This document shows, piece by piece, positions 1 through 9,069 of a DNA stretch of 64,000 nucleotides; the first letter of the stretch is position 1, and the number at the start of each line of letters is the position of its first letter. The DNA is from Escherichia phage JLBYU32, in sequence record OK272490.1; one strand, given 5' to 3'. Below the pieces are notes generated by a model, which ran no database searches, had not been told where the DNA came from, and saw nothing but the letters and a program-made list of their open reading frames with translations. The translations under genes were made by a program, and so were the position numbers.

Positions 1-1
1 T

Positions 2-2368
2 ATGCGCATGGTAAATGACCACGCAGAAGTGATTAAGAGTTCAACTTCTTTAGAGACGTCTCAAGCACAGATTACAATGACACCTGAGATGTTCAGCCTT
101 TTGAGTTCTGGTGTGTATACCTTTAAAGAAAGGGCAGTGATTCGTGAACTGTCATGTAACGCAGTAGATGCTCAGAAAGAAGCTGGAAAAGAGAACATCC
201 CGTTCCATGTGCATTTACCTACTCGTTTTGAGCCTTACTTTGAAGTTCGTGATTTTGGAACTGGATTGACTCATGATAAAGTTATGAGTTTGTATCTAAA
301 CTACGGGGCTTCTACGAAGAATGACTCTAATGACTACATTGGTGCAATGGGTATCGGCTCAAAATCACCATTTGCAATTGCTCAGTCATTCACAGTGTCT
401 AGCTATGTTGATGGTGTTGTTAATAAGTACTCTGTTTATCTTGAGAATGGTATCCCTCAAGTAACTAAGCTGACCACTAACCCAACAAAAGAACCTAATG
501 GTTTAGCTGTACGTGTGGCAGTTGCTGACCACCGTATCTCAAAGTTCTTTGAAGAAGCTGGAAATGTGTACTCATACTTCACTGTAAAACCAGAAAGTAA
601 TATTGAGTACGACGATGTATTAGCAGACATGAACGTCATTGCCCGTGAAGAAGGTGTTTATGATGCCATGATTCATAAGCAAAGCTGGCGTTCTAGTGGT
701 AACAGGACAGAGTTTAATGTGGTGATGGGTAACATTGCCTACCCTGTTAATATGGAAGCATTACTTGGTGATGATTTCTTCAAAGTATTGCCAGAATTTT
801 TCCGTAGGAGCGTAGACCTTGTAAACATCTACATGCCTATTGGTTCAGTTGCTATTGCAGCTTCTCGTGAAGCATTGCAGATGAATGATACGACAAAAAA
901 TGTTATCATCGAGGCTACCAAAAAGATAACTGAAGCAATTACAAAGGATGTTATCAAGAAAGTTAATAGCCAACCTACACTCATGGATGCTGCACAGGCT
1001 TATGCAGAGCTACGTTTGAACTCACGAGAGATGTTTAATGCTGTGTGTCCAAAGCTAGAGTGGGGAGGCATTAAGCTTGATTCTCTGGAAGAAGAATTGT
1101 TAAACATTCGTCGTGGAATTATCTACGCAGAAGACGGCTCAGTCATTTATGAACGTGACGGTAAAGGCAATATTAAGGTTGATAGGAACGGGAACAATAT
1201 CCCTAAAGTAGATTATCTTTATGACCCAGTTGCTTATGTCAAGTTCAACTCTTTAGAGAGTAAGATTCGTGCAACAGCACTTTCCTACACTCAAGAGGCA
1301 AGTATGTTCAATATCTTTGGTGCAATGCGTAAAAGCCAAATTGAACAGTTTTTGTTCGTGATTAATGACCGTCGCAATAAAAACGGTACTGAGAAGACTG
1401 TAGGCCGCAATCAGATTCTGCGTGGTGCATGTCGAGATTACGCCAATGAGTCAAGTCTGTTTCACAGATACAATGGTATTGTGTTTGTATTCTCAACTGA
1501 GAAAGAGTTAGATGATTTAATCAATCTGCATAAACTTGATAAAAGTTTGTTAAAGATTGTGAAGATGTCTGATAAGGAACACCATTATCAGCGTAAAGAA
1601 GCTGTGAGGGGTGTTGTAAAACTCTGGAAAGCTGTCCCAGCAGAAGGTGTAGCCTCCTACAAAGAGGTATCAGAAGACTTAGACACAATTGAAGAGCCTC
1701 AGCTTTACATTAAGGCGGTTGGCGACACAGTTGATGGTGAATGTTTTTGCTCATCTCCAGAAGATGTGGCTAAGTCAGTTGCTAATGTTATTGGAAAGAC
1801 AGTCTATGTTTTCCGAAAAGCAAATTGGAAAAAGATACCAGAAGACTGGATTGAAGTAGATGAGAAGCTCTTGAACGACAGCTTAACTGATGTTCATTGG
1901 ATTAACCATAACAGGTATATGACACGCATCTACATGAATGGTGTTCTTGACCTTACAAGTAGCTGGATTATTGCCAGAAACTTTACATTCAATAATAGGA
2001 AGATTTCTCGTGGTTATTGCTATTCACGGGATACAAACAAAACTATCTTCCTAGAAGGTAATGAAGAGGCTGTAGAGGCAATGTTCGGTAAAATCCAATA
2101 CGTTGCTGCACCGTTTGCATACACTTACACTGTTAGTAGATTGCAAACTTTGAAAGAATGCCTTGACAATGATACAAAGCTGTACAAGAAAATTAAGAAA
2201 GCTGGTGACCGCATGGTCATTAAGGTGACAAACTATCTTTCAAAAAGAAAACAAGAAAACTTCTTGCTTTCTCATTTAGATTGGAATAAAGTGTCACCTA
2301 TTGAAGTGAGTAAGTTTTTAGGCTTTGATGTGAAATGTGTTCCAGAAGGGACTACAATTTACGATTAA
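2..2368 (+). CDS. rIIA: rIIA-like protein (GHKL/histidine-kinase-like ATPase N-domain)
   Basis: N-terminal block FSLLSSGVYTFKERAVIRELSCNAVDA ... DFGTGL ... NDYIGAMGIGSKSPF matches T4 rIIA ATPase motifs as recalled; 788 aa; followed by rIIB-like gene. Confidence 0.85.
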   Translation: MRMVNDHAEVIKSSTSLETSQAQITMTPEMFSLLSSGVYTFKERAVIRELSCNAVDAQKEAGKENIPFHVHLPTRFEPYFEVRDFGTGLTHDKVMSLYLNYGASTKNDSNDYIGAMGIGSKSPFAIAQSFTVSSYVDGVVNKYSVYLENGIPQVTKLTTNPTKEPNGLAVRVAVADHRISKFFEEAGNVYSYFTVKPESNIEYDDVLADMNVIAREEGVYDAMIHKQSWRSSGNRTEFNVVMGNIAYPVNMEALLGDDFFKVLPEFFRRSVDLVNIYMPIGSVAIAASREALQMNDTTKNVIIEATKKITEAITKDVIKKVNSQPTLMDAAQAYAELRLNSREMFNAVCPKLEWGGIKLDSLEEELLNIRRGIIYAEDGSVIYERDGKGNIKVDRNGNNIPKVDYLYDPVAYVKFNSLESKIRATALSYTQEASMFNIFGAMRKSQIEQFLFVINDRRNKNGTEKTVGRNQILRGACRDYANESSLFHRYNGIVFVFSTEKELDDLINLHKLDKSLLKIVKMSDKEHHYQRKEAVRGVVKLWKAVPAEGVASYKEVSEDLDTIEEPQLYIKAVGDTVDGECFCSSPEDVAKSVANVIGKTVYVFRKANWKKIPEDWIEVDEKLLNDSLTDVHWINHNRYMTRIYMNGVLDLTSSWIIARNFTFNNRKISRGYCYSRDTNKTIFLEGNEEAVEAMFGKIQYVAAPFAYTYTVSRLQTLKECLDNDTKLYKKIKKAGDRMVIKVTNYLSKRKQENFLLSHLDWNKVSPIEVSKFLGFDVKCVPEGTTIYD

Positions 2369-2381
2369 AGTGTTTGACAAG

Positions 2382-2398
2382 GGGCTTTGAAGCCCCTT
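2382..2398 (+). terminator. stem-loop GGGGCTT-TGAA-GCCCC after rIIA (no clear U-tract)
   Basis: inverted repeat directly after stop codon; same GGGGCT/AGCCCC stem recurs elsewhere in window. Confidence 0.4.
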
Positions 2399-2447
2399 AG
2401 AATAGCCTTACAAAATGATTTATTAACTAACAAGAGAGAGTAATAAG

Positions 2448-3557
2448 ATGACTACTAAAACTAAAGCACAGATTGACGCAGAAATTTACAAACTGGTTAA
2501 AGAAGGTAAGCTGACTAAAACAGCTATTGCACAGAAATTTAATACTTCAACCCGTTCAGTCGGTCGTGCTGTAGAGCGTCATGAAGCAACCTTAAAAGGT
2601 AAGAAAAAGGTAGCTTCTAAACCAGCTACGAAGACTTTGAAGCAAGTTGCTAAATCAGTTAAAAAGAAAGCTGACAAGCCAGTTAAAAAGGCTGTTAAAG
2701 AGGATGTACAGAAAGCTCCGGTAAATAAACTACACGAAGCTATGCAGAAAGATGACAAGATTGAGTACATGATTACTGGTGACTCTGTAATTATGACTTA
2801 CGGTTCAGAATCTGAAATTGTTGAGTCTACTCATCCGAACTATCAAGAGATTGTAGTTCATGTTGTTAAAGGTGAGTTTAAGAAAGCTTTCGAACTGATG
2901 AACATTCGTAAGTCTATCGAAAACTTCACTCAGGGAGCTATCACAATCAAAGGTGATAAGTTATTCTACGGTGCTGTTGAGATGCGCTCTACTCTGGTTG
3001 ACCGTATTCTTCACATGATGAAGACTGGTGACAAGGGCTTTGAACGTCTGGTAATGTTCTTCGAAAAACTGATGGAAAACCCATCCAAAGATTCTGTAGA
3101 ACAACTTTGGGGCTTCGTATCTCACCTTGATGTCGAAATTGATGAGGAAGGCTACATCATTGGTTGGAAGAAAGTCTCTACTCGTGAGGGTAAGCTGGTT
3201 GATTCTCACACCTACAAAGTGCCTAATGATTTGGGTAACATTGTAGAAATGCCACGTTGGATGGTTGATAATAACCGTAACGTGACTTGCTCTCAAGGTC
3301 TTCACGTTGGTGCTTGGGATTATGTTCGTTGCTTCTCAGGTGATACAATCCTGAAGGTTCGTGTCCATCCACGAGATGTTGTATCTGTTCCGACTGATTA
3401 CAATGATATGAAGATGCGTTCATCCCGTTATGAAGTTGCAGCAATCGTTGATAATCAACGTAAAGTGCTGGAAGCATGGAATGGTAAGACTGAAGCCTTG
3501 CATGTCATTGTTGGTACTGCTGGGGAACTCATCTCTCAACGCAAACGCGAAATCTAA
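2448..3557 (+). CDS. rIIB: rIIB-like protein
   Basis: C-terminal half (LFYGAVEMRSTLVDRIL ... CSQGLHV ... KVRVHPRDVVSVPTDYNDMKMR) resembles T4 rIIB as recalled; immediately downstream of rIIA. Confidence 0.75.
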   Translation: MTTKTKAQIDAEIYKLVKEGKLTKTAIAQKFNTSTRSVGRAVERHEATLKGKKKVASKPATKTLKQVAKSVKKKADKPVKKAVKEDVQKAPVNKLHEAMQKDDKIEYMITGDSVIMTYGSESEIVESTHPNYQEIVVHVVKGEFKKAFELMNIRKSIENFTQGAITIKGDKLFYGAVEMRSTLVDRILHMMKTGDKGFERLVMFFEKLMENPSKDSVEQLWGFVSHLDVEIDEEGYIIGWKKVSTREGKLVDSHTYKVPNDLGNIVEMPRWMVDNNRNVTCSQGLHVGAWDYVRCFSGDTILKVRVHPRDVVSVPTDYNDMKMRSSRYEVAAIVDNQRKVLEAWNGKTEALHVIVGTAGELISQRKREI

Positions 3558-3572
3558 TAAGTAATTTCTTAA

Positions 3573-3597
3573 AAGGCTGCTTCGGCGGCCTTTTTTA
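3573..3597 (+). terminator. rho-independent terminator
   Basis: GGCTGC-TTCG-GCGGCC hairpin followed by TTTTTTATTT. Confidence 0.7.
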
Positions 3598-3657
3598 TTT
3601 GTATTTTGTGCAGAGTGCTGTATAATTGTTGTCACGATAAACTAAACAGGAGAACCA

Positions 3658-4206
3658 ATGAAGAAGTTGATTCTAGGTTTGTGCTTAATGTTTACAGCAC
3701 ACTTATCTTATGCAGTTGACTGCCCAGAGCTATCAATTAGCCAAAAAGTAAACATGTTAAAAGCTTACCAGTATGGTGAGAATAATATGGGTAAAGGTTG
3801 GGGTATCACTCTAGCTGCTATAGCCTTACAAGAGTCAGAGTTAGGTCTGAAGGTAGAGAATAAAAAGACACACGATTATGGTATTTTCCAGAATCACTTG
3901 AAGACTGTTGTAAAGCGTAACAAAATTAGTCCTAATGTTGCTAAAAAGAAACTCTTAAAAGACTTTGACTATGCTGCGAAGGAGACTCACAAAGAGCTTG
4001 AGTTTTGGACAAAGGTGCATGGTCAACCAAAGTCAAAGAAGACTTTACAAAAAGTTTTAGCATCATATAATGCTGGGTATTCGTACAAAATCCCTAAAGC
4101 TAAGAAATACTCTCAAGATGTCTATAACAATATGAAAGTCATCGCTCAATGTGAATTTGCAACAAACATCTCTAAGGTAAATCATGAAAAAATTAAAAAA
4201 GTCTGA
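3658..4206 (+). CDS. secreted lytic transglycosylase-like protein (SLT domain) with signal peptide
   Basis: N-terminal signal peptide MKKLILGLCLMFTAHLSYA; QESELG...YGIFQ and SYNAGYSY resemble SLT catalytic/AYNAG motifs. Confidence 0.5.
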   Translation: MKKLILGLCLMFTAHLSYAVDCPELSISQKVNMLKAYQYGENNMGKGWGITLAAIALQESELGLKVENKKTHDYGIFQNHLKTVVKRNKISPNVAKKKLLKDFDYAAKETHKELEFWTKVHGQPKSKKTLQKVLASYNAGYSYKIPKAKKYSQDVYNNMKVIAQCEFATNISKVNHEKIKKV

Positions 4207-4879
4207 TGAAGTACTGTGTCATGCTTACGACTTACATCCTCATGAGTTAGGTCTTGATTCCTGTGTATGGACTCCAGAACAGTGTAGGGATTTTGAAGAC
4301 ACTGCAAGAGAAGTTGTATGTTCACTGGAAGAGTTCCACACATCAGAACCAATTGTGAACGTTGTGGACAAAGAGACTGGACAAACTATAGGTGTAAGGC
4401 GTGATAGTTTAGTCATAGTCAATAAAGACCTTGTAGAAAAAGGTAACCTCATCTTAGCAGATATTGATGGCGTTCTTACAAATTTTAATCACGAAGATTG
4501 CTCAACGGAGTTGACTGATGGGTCATTCTCACAGTACACTAATCTTCTTGATTCTGTAAGAGCAAAGCCAACATATGTTTTCAACATTATTGATGCAATT
4601 GCTAATCATGCTGCCGTTGGACTCTTGACAGCAAGAGGTGAATCTCAGAGAATACCTACTGAGATGTTTTTAAGGCACAATATAGAGCATGATTACTTGC
4701 TTTTTATGCGTGGTTTTGGAACTAACTCTATAAGTGCAGAAAGTTTGAAAGTGAGGATGATTCAGTCTTGCATTCTTCCTTACTTTAATATAGTATGCTT
4801 TATAGAAGATACAGAGAATAATGTTAAGAAGGTAAACAGAATCCTTCCACACATTAAAACTATGTTAGTTAAACATTGA
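4184..4879 (+). CDS. hypothetical protein, possible HAD-family phosphatase
   Basis: LILADIDGVLTNF resembles HAD motif I (DxDGxL); GLLTAR possible motif II; weak. Confidence 0.35.
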   Translation: MKKLKKSDEVLCHAYDLHPHELGLDSCVWTPEQCRDFEDTAREVVCSLEEFHTSEPIVNVVDKETGQTIGVRRDSLVIVNKDLVEKGNLILADIDGVLTNFNHEDCSTELTDGSFSQYTNLLDSVRAKPTYVFNIIDAIANHAAVGLLTARGESQRIPTEMFLRHNIEHDYLLFMRGFGTNSISAESLKVRMIQSCILPYFNIVCFIEDTENNVKKVNRILPHIKTMLVKH

Positions 4880-5355
4880 GAGAAGAACTTATGAACAATA
4901 TCATTACGGTAGCACTGGACGATACGGCAAACAAATCTGAAGTAGTTCGTAAAATGATTCAAGGCAACTTTGAAGGTAAAATTTTCCGTGCTGTTAATGT
5001 AAAAGCTGATGGTAGCATTCGTGAATACCGTGCACTGTTGAACGTTAAGAAGCACGTAAAAGGTGTTGGTTCAACGACTGCACACAAAGAAAACCTGATG
5101 ACTATCTATGATATGGGTAAGGCTTCAGAGTTAGGTGCTGAAGGTATCGTTAAAGAAGGTGCTCCGTATCGCTCTTTCAATCTGGAAACTACCCTTATGC
5201 TTTCCTTTACAAGTGGTTCCAAAACAATCACTTATCTCTTTACTGATGCTGCAACGGTATCTGCTATTAAGGATAGCACTGTCAAAGCTGGCGTAGTTGC
5301 TGCTGCAAAAGCTTCTTCGATGGCTGCAAATATCCTTGCTAAAGTCCTCGGTTAA
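4876..5355 (+). CDS. hypothetical protein
   Basis: ORF with overlapping start/stop (ATGA) with upstream gene; followed by terminator. Confidence 0.5.
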   Translation: MREELMNNIITVALDDTANKSEVVRKMIQGNFEGKIFRAVNVKADGSIREYRALLNVKKHVKGVGSTTAHKENLMTIYDMGKASELGAEGIVKEGAPYRSFNLETTLMLSFTSGSKTITYLFTDAATVSAIKDSTVKAGVVAAAKASSMAANILAKVLG

Positions 5356-5366
5356 GGTTAAGATAC

Positions 5367-5389
5367 AGGCTCCTTCGGGAGCCTTTTTC
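5367..5389 (+). terminator. rho-independent terminator
   Basis: AGGCTCC-TTCG-GGAGCCT hairpin followed by TTTTT. Confidence 0.75.
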
Positions 5390-5407
5390 ATTTCAGGAGA
5401 TTGTTAA

Positions 5408-5755
5408 ATGACATTTAAAGAGTTCTGTCAAGCTACTTTCATAGTTGTTTTCTTAGTTGGGGCAGGTGTCTGGGGAGGATACTCTTACAGAGACTACCAA
5501 GTTGCTGAAACTGAGCTAAACAATGAGAAGCTGATAAGTGTTGCTAAAGATGCTTATCAGGAAGGATTAGCTACACTGAGCACCAATTACAAAAATGATT
5601 TGAAAGATGTGCTTGCTAAGAATAAGCATACAAAAGAGGTACTAACATATGAAAAGACTAAGCCAGAGTTTTATAATGTTTGTGTTACTGATAATTATGT
5701 CAGGGTGTTCAACGAGCAAAGTGAACAGTACATTCAAAAACTCCCAAGTAAGTGA
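5408..5755 (+). CDS. putative i-spanin (Rz-like): N-terminal TM helix plus coiled-coil region
   Basis: hydrophobic segment FIVVFLVGAGVWGG near N-terminus; downstream lipoprotein ORF overlaps its 3' end in another frame. Confidence 0.35.
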   Translation: MTFKEFCQATFIVVFLVGAGVWGGYSYRDYQVAETELNNEKLISVAKDAYQEGLATLSTNYKNDLKDVLAKNKHTKEVLTYEKTKPEFYNVCVTDNYVRVFNEQSEQYIQKLPSK

Positions 5756-5918
5756 GAGTGACAAGTACACTCAAGAAGAGTCAAGATTCACTGTCAAAGG
5801 TAATACTGGTAGTGATGTGGCAGCAGCCCTTGAGTTTTATCGTGATGGTTTTTACCAGTGCACAATCAGAGCTAATAACCTTATTGATATGATTTTATTA
5901 GGAAATAAACAGCAATGA
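5649..5918 (+). CDS. putative o-spanin-like lipoprotein (Rz1-like), overlapping the preceding gene
   Basis: signal peptide with lipobox-like IMSGC (MKRLSQSFIMFVLLIIMSGCS); ORF starts inside and extends past the Rz-like ORF. Confidence 0.35.
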   Translation: MKRLSQSFIMFVLLIIMSGCSTSKVNSTFKNSQVSESDKYTQEESRFTVKGNTGSDVAAALEFYRDGFYQCTIRANNLIDMILLGNKQQ

Positions 5919-6184
5919 CAGAGAATGAAGATACTTTTTACGTAGAGGGTTACTTACTGTTACCACGACCAAAAGAAACTTATATGCGAATTGACTTCTT
6001 ACCAACCATTATGGATAATGTGATGTGTCATATCTTTATGCAAGGTGTCACAGCACAGCTTAAGCACGTTGGTAAAGAGTGCAAAATAAAGGTTGACACT
6101 CATCCAGAAATCAAAGAGAATCACTACACATGGTTCTTACCAGACTCTAAAGAAATCTTAGCAGTTCTTAAAACGAGGAAGTAA
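5915..6184 (+). CDS. hypothetical protein
   Basis: ORF, start overlaps upstream stop. Confidence 0.45.
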   Translation: MTENEDTFYVEGYLLLPRPKETYMRIDFLPTIMDNVMCHIFMQGVTAQLKHVGKECKIKVDTHPEIKENHYTWFLPDSKEILAVLKTRK

Positions 6185-6186
6185 CT

Positions 6187-6513
6187 ATGCAGATTAATGG
6201 AAGAGATTTTGTAGCCGTTTACTACGAGAAAGATAAAGAAGTTGGCGTAGCACAAGTATCTTATGGCAATGGTAAGTGGTTGTATGGGACAATCGCAGTA
6301 GTTGGAACAAGAAGTGATACAAAAACTTTTAAAGACTGTGTTGACCTTCTTGAAGAATCCATCCATAATCATTGGTGTCTGATATGGATGACTGACAACG
6401 AAGTGATAGAACGCTTCAAAAAGATTGGTATCAACATTGATAGCATTGAGCATGTTGACTTGTATGAGCTAACTGAGAAGGTAAACTATGAAAGTAATAC
6501 TAGCCAGAGATAA
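6187..6513 (+). CDS. hypothetical protein
   Basis: ORF in tightly packed + strand array. Confidence 0.5.
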   Translation: MQINGRDFVAVYYEKDKEVGVAQVSYGNGKWLYGTIAVVGTRSDTKTFKDCVDLLEESIHNHWCLIWMTDNEVIERFKKIGINIDSIEHVDLYELTEKVNYESNTSQR

Positions 6514-6721
6514 AAAGACCCGTAAGATTGTACGTTCAGCAGTATTCATAGGGAGAGATGAAGTTGTACCGTTTGCAGGGGAAGATGTGCTAACTTATAA
6601 GAAGGGTTTAAAACGTAAATTCAGTGACCGTTTACGTGGCTTCATCTCTGAACCATTAGAAGATTTCAAAAGTCGCTGTGGCGAAGGCATCATCATTCAA
6701 GAGGCAATTATTCATGGCTGA
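6488..6721 (+). CDS. hypothetical protein
   Basis: ORF. Confidence 0.4.
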   Translation: MKVILARDKKTRKIVRSAVFIGRDEVVPFAGEDVLTYKKGLKRKFSDRLRGFISEPLEDFKSRCGEGIIIQEAIIHG

Positions 6722-6914
6722 TTTCTGCAAAGATTGTGCTATCGAAATGTTCGGACGTGATACAGGTGACTTAAAAGGTCTCATCACTGAAGATGACTTT
6801 AAAGCTGGTTATGCAATGCCAGTAATCTGTGAAGGTTGTGGATGTATCTGGGTAGACCATGAAGGACAACGTGTAAAACCTTCAGAAGATAAAGAATCTT
6901 GGGAGAGATGTTAA
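6678..6914 (+). CDS. hypothetical Cys-rich (zinc-ribbon-like) protein
   Basis: CKDC ... CEGCGC cysteine pairs. Confidence 0.4.
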   Translation: MAKASSFKRQLFMADFCKDCAIEMFGRDTGDLKGLITEDDFKAGYAMPVICEGCGCIWVDHEGQRVKPSEDKESWERC

Positions 6915-7700
6915 ATGGGTATTGTAAAAATCATCAATGGGGATATCTTCTCCGCATTTGATAAAGGTAAGTTTGATATTATTGGTCACGGTTGCAACTG
7001 TATGAACTTAATGGGTGCGGGTATCGCTGACAAGATTTCTAAACTTTACCCAAAAGCATATGAGACCGATACAGAAGCTTATCTGTATGCAGGTGGTATA
7101 GGTCACAAACCCTGTGAAAATTTACTAGGAAATTTCTCTGTAGCACGTTTAGAACAAGGCCGTATAGCTAATCTTTACACTCAGCTTAAGACTGGTAAAG
7201 ATGCCCGATACAGTGCTTTAGAGTCATCTTTGAAACAGCTTAACAGATACTGTGAAGTTAATCAGTTGAAGAAAGTCGGGTTACCTATGATTGGTGCAGG
7301 TATCGGTGGGCTAGACCCTCAAGCCGTCACAGTTATCATTAATCAGGTGATGAAGAGTGTAGATGTGTATCTGTATGTTTATGAAGGAGAGATGTACCAC
7401 AAGTTACGCTCAGGTTGGAAGAACTACTGTGAACCAGAATACTTTGCAGGTGTAGTAACGTTCACAGATAATACAGTTACCCTCTTCAGACGAAGAAAAG
7501 GTAAGATACATCAAAGTAACCCTCCGGTTGAAAAGATGTCTCTGAGTAACGCTCTAGTTACCCACCTGTCGAAGAGCAATCACAGGATTGCAGTAACATT
7601 TGGTAGTGATGCAGACACTTATATCTATGCAAGAACTGATGAGGATATCGAGACAGTTTTCTCTTCTCCAGAAGTTATCTTCTTAGACGCAAAGAACTAA
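6915..7700 (+). CDS. macrodomain protein (TARG1/OARD1-like ADP-ribose processing domain) with C-terminal extension
   Basis: DIIGHGCNCMNLMGAGIADKI resembles TARG1 HCISEDCRMGAGIA signature; second glycine-rich loop PMIGAGIGGLDP. Confidence 0.5.
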   Translation: MGIVKIINGDIFSAFDKGKFDIIGHGCNCMNLMGAGIADKISKLYPKAYETDTEAYLYAGGIGHKPCENLLGNFSVARLEQGRIANLYTQLKTGKDARYSALESSLKQLNRYCEVNQLKKVGLPMIGAGIGGLDPQAVTVIINQVMKSVDVYLYVYEGEMYHKLRSGWKNYCEPEYFAGVVTFTDNTVTLFRRRKGKIHQSNPPVEKMSLSNALVTHLSKSNHRIAVTFGSDADTYIYARTDEDIETVFSSPEVIFLDAKN

Positions 7701-7761
7701 GAAACTCTGTAGTATATTCACAATAGACTAAGCCTTTCTTATCTGGTAAATTTTTCAGGTA

Positions 7762-7965
7762 AGGAGGGCTTTTTCATTTCAGATTTGTGCAGGTAGAGTT
7801 CTGTAGAGAAATCTATAGAGAAAATTTTGAACTCCAAAGAGAAAATTCATTTTCAAACTGTGCAGGTAATCTCCAAAGAGCTTTTTCATTTTCAAAACGT
7901 GCAGACCCCGCTCAGGTCGGGCAAGAAAAATCATTTTAGAATTGTGCAGGTAGGTGGGTGCAGGT
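7762..7965 (+). repeat. four direct repeats of ~TTTCATTTTCAAA-N-TGTGCAGGTA in ORF-free intergenic region
   Basis: copies near 7764, 7848, 7884 and 7930 (last with duplicated GTGCAGGT); no ORF >=60 aa in 7701-8208 on the + strand. Confidence 0.7.
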
Positions 7966-8129
7966 GGGAATGTCGCCATTTCTCACAAGGCTACCACATC
8001 TGGAAATAAAAGTCAACAGAAAAATTTGTAGCGGATTGAAAAATAATTCTTGATTGTAGTTCTGTTTTGTGGTAGTCGCGCGCACCCGTTTCATTACAAT
8101 TTTTGCAAAAAATATTTTTAAAATTCCTA

Positions 8130-8158
8130 TTGACTCTTTGAGTATAGTTATCTAATAT
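8130..8158 (+). promoter_or_regulatory. sigma70-like promoter TTGACT-17-TAATAT
   Basis: consensus -35/-10 with 17-bp spacer ~50 bp upstream of first small ORF (8209). Confidence 0.6.
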
Positions 8159-8208
8159 TTGCATCAGACGGGCAATCAAGCCCACTTCCTAAACTGGAGA
8201 TTCAAAAA

Positions 8209-8397
8209 ATGGCATCAAGAAAGATTAAAGTTGGCGATGAGGTTAACATCAAGCACGAATACTCTTACAAAATGCTAACTATACGCTCTTATAAGGTTTA
8301 TCAGGTGGAAGCTATCCACGAAGATAACACTTTTTCCTTAAAAGGTTATAGCGAACGTTTCCCTGCTGAACTCTTTGAGAAATGGAGTGCGAAATAA
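8209..8397 (+). CDS. hypothetical small protein
   Basis: preceded by conserved AAACTGGAGATTCAAAAAATG RBS/start module. Confidence 0.55.
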   Translation: MASRKIKVGDEVNIKHEYSYKMLTIRSYKVYQVEAIHEDNTFSLKGYSERFPAELFEKWSAK

Positions 8398-8603
8398 TGA
8401 TATACAGTCGCGAATTGATGGTTACAACTAACATTCACACAAAGGCAAAACGTTTTTACATGCAAATTTGTGGCGTATGGTCTAGAATATCAGAAGCTGA
8501 CTATTGCAACTATGTAGAAACGTCTATAAACTCTAATTGCTACCTTACAAGAAATACAAGAAAGTACATAAGACAGACAGCAATTTACTACTACGATAAA
8601 TAA
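8397..8603 (+). CDS. hypothetical small protein (start ATG overlapping upstream stop, TAATG)
   Basis: ORF MIYSRELMV...; ends exactly at cassette-associated TAA. Confidence 0.35.
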   Translation: MIYSRELMVTTNIHTKAKRFYMQICGVWSRISEADYCNYVETSINSNCYLTRNTRKYIRQTAIYYYDK

Positions 8604-8690
8604 AGTACTTTACAAGGGGCTTATAGTTCGATAAAGTAAGCCCCAGATAAAGAGCTTTACTAACTAACCTTAAACTAGGAGAATCTGAAA
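8603..8690 (+). repeat. intergenic cassette type A (TAAAGTACTTTACA-GGGGCTTA..TAAGCCCC-AGATAAAGAGCTTTAC + RBS)
   Basis: near-identical copies at 8984, 9592, 10661; stem conserved, loop variable; begins at the stop codon of the upstream gene. Confidence 0.75.
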
Positions 8691-8984
8691 ATGGCTATTA
8701 TCAAAAACGTTGTAATTACTGCAAAAACTCGTGATGACGCTCGCGTTATGGCTAAAAAGTTATGCGGGAAAGTGGTTGACAACGGAAAACAATCTGCTGT
8801 AAGGTGGGGCGTGAAGGCTGATAAACAGTTGAAGTTAAAAAATTCACCGATAAACCTTTTTACATGTGTAAACACTATCGGGAAGACAAATGTATACACG
8901 AAAAAGGCATACATTAGACGCGTAGCATTAACATCCCCCATTCGTACAATGAGAAGTTATGCAAAGCTGAAAATTAACAAATAA
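8691..8984 (+). CDS. hypothetical small basic protein
   Basis: ORF after cassette with GGAGAATCTGAAAATG start context. Confidence 0.55.
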   Translation: MAIIKNVVITAKTRDDARVMAKKLCGKVVDNGKQSAVRWGVKADKQLKLKNSPINLFTCVNTIGKTNVYTKKAYIRRVALTSPIRTMRSYAKLKINK

Positions 8985-9069
8985 AGTACTTTACATGGGG
9001 CTTAAAAGTTGATATCTTAAGCCCCAGATAAAGAGCTTTACCACTCAATCCTAAACTGGAGATTCAAAA
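8984..9069 (+). repeat. intergenic cassette type A
   Basis: TAAAGTACTTTACATGGGGCTTAAAAGTTGATATCTTAAGCCCCAGATAAAGAGCTTTAC. Confidence 0.75.
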
